Part shown: one piece after another, positions 61,501-64,000 of the stretch
Layout of the letters: every line of letters starts with the position of its first letter
Position numbering within the stretch: position 1 is the first letter of the stretch
NCBI RefSeq assembly: GCF_003918875.1
Contig: NW_025765247.1
Coordinates: forward strand, 62,001-126,000
Origin: Haliotis rubra
Lineage: Eukaryota
Direction: 5' to 3'
Length of the DNA stretch: 64,000 nt
Position numbers and translations under genes: made by a program
Notes under the pieces: generated by a model
Told to the model about the DNA's origin: nothing
What the model saw: only the letters and a program-made list of their open reading frames with translations
Databases searched by the model: none

Positions 61501-63595
61501 TTGATTCTCAGAATTCAAGGTTAGAAAGAGCAACAAATGATGAACCACATGCACCATCTAGGCACCAGAGGCCATTGGGTCTATGGTTATTGTTTGATCT
61601 GAATTCTCCAAACTCAAAGCTCATAATCATGTTCTTATTCATGAAAAATTGTTTGTATTTTATTGGTAAGTGGTACGTTATGACAGATGACTTCCCGTAT
61701 TACCAGCTTGCAAACTGTCATAGATTAGAAATACGCATTGATGTAGCGGAAAGATTCTGATAGTATCACTTAAATTCCAGGTTCAAGATATACAGCGCTT
61801 GTGTGCTGATATTGACGTGACCTCCGAGGTGGACACCACGAACTGTGTCATTTATCACTCCGGGATGAAGGTTGACGCCATCAAGGCCAAGGGTCAGACC
61901 CAGGAAGTGCTGAAAAATATTGAGTTCGTCCAGAAGAACCTAGAAAAAGCTGAACTTCTTCGTCGTCTTGTGGAATGGTGGTACATCACTGAAGATGGTC
62001 ATGAGATGAGCTTCGCGCCCATGACCAGCATGCTGATTGAAGAAGCTTTCTTGATGAGATCTGCACATCCTACGGCAGTAGTGCAGACAGCGACGTGTAA
62101 AGTCAACATAGACTTTACCTCCATGGATATCAGTTCCCGGGAAAACCCCAACCACAGATTCCAGATTATCAGGAAAAAAGGCCCAGGTAGGTTCACAATG
62201 CAATTTTGTCATGTTTGGTATTAATGTTATTTACGTTTGTTGATGTTCATGTCATACCATGTATATTCCAAATGTATCCTGATTGTTCCTGACATTTATA
62301 TACTTGACAAAGAAAACAGCACACCATGGCGTAGTAAAGACCTCAATTTACACCCGTTGTGTATCTGTTTCTAACAAGCACAAGCAAGGGACCTTTTTCA
62401 AATTTCATTATTCACAACGGCGTCTTTTTTGTTGTAGAATTGTACTAAAAAACAACACAACGTAACCAATTTGCATCGTTTGGCTTGACAAAATTACATC
62501 AGATCCAAATTCAGTATCTTTGGAAGACGCAGAACAAAGTATATCGATTATCCAGACTTAGAGTATGCTTCAATCACAACTAATATGTGAATCCGATTCC
62601 GTATAATTCGATACTCACAATAACCACGAGTGTGAGAATTTCTGTGATGTGAGTTCACTTCCGGAACGAAAATCAATATGTAACCAAGGAAATTTTTGGA
62701 CAAGAATGAAAGTATGACACACTGGAAAAACAAACTTGAATCGTAACAAATGGCATTGATGAGTTTATACTAAAGGAAAGGATGTATCGTTGACTGTTGC
62801 ACCTTCAGCTGTGCCTCTCCCTGACATCTGGGAAGACATGGGAGCCAAGGATATCATCGCGCCAAGGATCAAGGATGGACCTGAAGCTGATAAACTTCGT
62901 CAAATGTTCATGTCCAACGCTGGGAACAAGTATGAGATTATGGGGGTATGTCAGTTGTTAACTGACCCAACTACGTAGAATGTTAAATTAAATTGTTTCA
63001 TAACCTAAAGCATAATATATGCACAGACACGAGTTAAAGCACTGAATACATTAATGATGTAATCAGTGATAGAATATTTCTCAATATAACCCAATTGTCT
63101 TTGTTTGCGCTTTGTTCATCTATATGATGGTGGCCTATAGAAGATGATTCTAGCCCTAATCTTCACGATTATCTTTAAAAACTTCTTTGCCAGGTCGATA
63201 CCTGGTTTTAGCTAAACATTGTGTGATGTTCATATTACAAAACGTGAGTATCATGGTCCTCAAAACATGAAAACATCTCAATAGCACGCCGTGCAATAAC
63301 ATTCCGGTGCAATAACATGCCCGTGAAATGTGACAATCACGTCTTTAAAAGCGAGGACATCGTGATTATGATTTAAATATATGGCATCTAATAAGACACA
63401 TCTTCGTCAACCCTTCCTAGGTATACCGGATTCAGCATAAATACCTGTACGAGCAGTATCAGATACAGAAAGAAGCCATGGAGAAAAACTACCCTCACAA
63501 GAGCAATGAAAGACACCTGTGGCATGGCACCAACGTGGAGGCCATCAAAAACATCAACAAGTATGGATTCAATAGGGGCTACTGTGGAAAGAACG
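49560..63595 (+). CDS. PARP14: Macro-PARP paralog C, PARP14-like mono-ADP-ribosyltransferase (leader, KH-like repeats, macro, degenerate macro, KH, WWE, ART); last exon beyond window
   Basis: Exons 49560-49983, 50596-51522, 54800-54876, 55309-55545, 56841-57062, 57429-57504, 57615-57719, 57843-57902, 58458-58634, 59417-59626, 60417-60598, 61781-62186, 62809-62945, 63421-63595 total 3415 nt, open frame, all GT-AG. Motifs LKLGDIA, VDVIVNSTN, SVAFPPIGTG, VEWWY (WWE), LPDIWEDM, ERHLWHGT, GFNRGYCGKN. The symbol denotes family resemblance, not proven orthology. Confidence 0.88.
50223..50481. other. Assembly gap (N run)
   Basis: N bases. Confidence 1.
52108..53980. mobile_element. Non-autonomous DNA transposon (CCCAGCTAACA...TGTCAGCTGG ends) carrying a 52-bp satellite
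   Basis: Short TIRs at 52108 and 53970-53980; AACGTT-rich subterminal motifs. Confidence 0.55.
52500..53960. repeat. 52-bp satellite (about 28 copies, partly scrambled)
   Basis: Unit gtgaaaacgttgtgtcatgacgttaccaatatacacccttcacattaacctt. Confidence 0.93.
54041..54389 (+). mobile_element. tRNA-headed V-SINE-like element (family B) nested in a family A SINE
   Basis: A/B boxes (tagtggttatagcg, ggttcgaccc); central cataccaaaagac...aatatggtac...ctgcctagcgctcggcatt resembles the V domain; 15-bp TSD cctcacatgggtaca (54026-54040, 54390-54404). A 3' fragment also lies at about 15795-15935. Confidence 0.8.
55016..55226 (+). mobile_element. SINE-like family C
   Basis: TSD tattatgttt. Confidence 0.82.
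55931..56096 (+). mobile_element. tRNA-derived SINE, family A
   Basis: Full length; 12-bp TSD tctctcactact. Confidence 0.9.
56289..56437 (+). mobile_element. tRNA-derived SINE, family A
   Basis: 13-bp TSD tccttaattcgag. Confidence 0.85.
58657..59000. mobile_element. Foldback MITE with about 120-bp inverted arms, just after an exon donor of gene C
   Basis: cgtgagaaaagggagaag...catggaaac is mirrored by gtttccatg...cttctcccttttctcacg. Confidence 0.8.
60011..60332 (-). mobile_element. SINE-like family C with a G-rich insert
   Basis: TSD tgtttaata(a/g)aa. Confidence 0.82.
60690..60861 (-). mobile_element. tRNA-derived SINE, family A
   Basis: Reverse complement of family A, full length. Confidence 0.9.
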
Positions 63596-64000
63596 GTAAG
63601 GCTACTACAATCAAATTGTCATCAGGGCACCATTAAACTCAGACCTGAACATTTAATTCTGTTTATTCACGAATACATGACACGTTTTATGGATAACAAT
63701 TTCTTTTATATTCTTTATCATGACGTTTCATAGCAAATTCACGCTCCTTCATCAGGTGAATGATTCAATAAATGATTCATTTTGATCTGAAAGAGATAAA
63801 TAATATAAATAGAAGTTGTTATTCATATAACGTGACATGTATTCATGTTGGCCCAACTTCCTAATGCCTTTCACGAACATTTTGGTTTATACCCATAAGA
63901 ATCCATCGAACGATGAATCCCTAGTGACGGGGCAGTTTAAATTATACGAAATGTGTAGAAAAGATGTAGCAAAATAATGGAATCATTAGGATGTTTCAGT

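Overview
Animal genomic DNA, probably a mollusc: the SINE families with (CACT)n tails look gastropod/abalone-like, but this is recollection and unverified. It has spliceosomal introns and two N gaps. The window holds three tandem, + strand, multi-exon PARP14/PARP9/PARP15-type macrodomain-PARP paralogs, reconstructed by hand from splice sites, reading phase and conserved exon sizes. Gene A (<581-20553; 5' end outside the window) has 2 macrodomains, a degenerate macrodomain, a KH-like unit and WWE, with a frameshift and no catalytic exons of its own. Gene B (26212-39548; about 628 aa, open frame) has a duplicated YVNV leader, a macrodomain and a degenerate macrodomain, no KH/WWE, and an ADP-ribosyltransferase (ART) domain whose NAD+-binding residues are replaced (H-Y-L becomes R-C-Q), so it is a predicted pseudoenzyme. 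Gene C (49560->63595; last exon outside the window) has an acidic Tyr-motif leader including YxxL-x7-YxxL, KH-like repeats, a macrodomain, a degenerate macrodomain, KH, WWE and an ART with intact LWHGT. Between B and C lies a decayed, intron-containing Crypton-type tyrosine-recombinase element with several hairpin and inverted-repeat modules. Introns carry two tRNA-headed SINE families, a non-tRNA SINE-like family with a pseudoknot-shaped head, Tc1/mariner elements, MITEs, a Ginger-type element, LINE 3' fragments and about 10 minisatellite arrays. No CRISPR array, rRNA or genuine tRNA gene was found.
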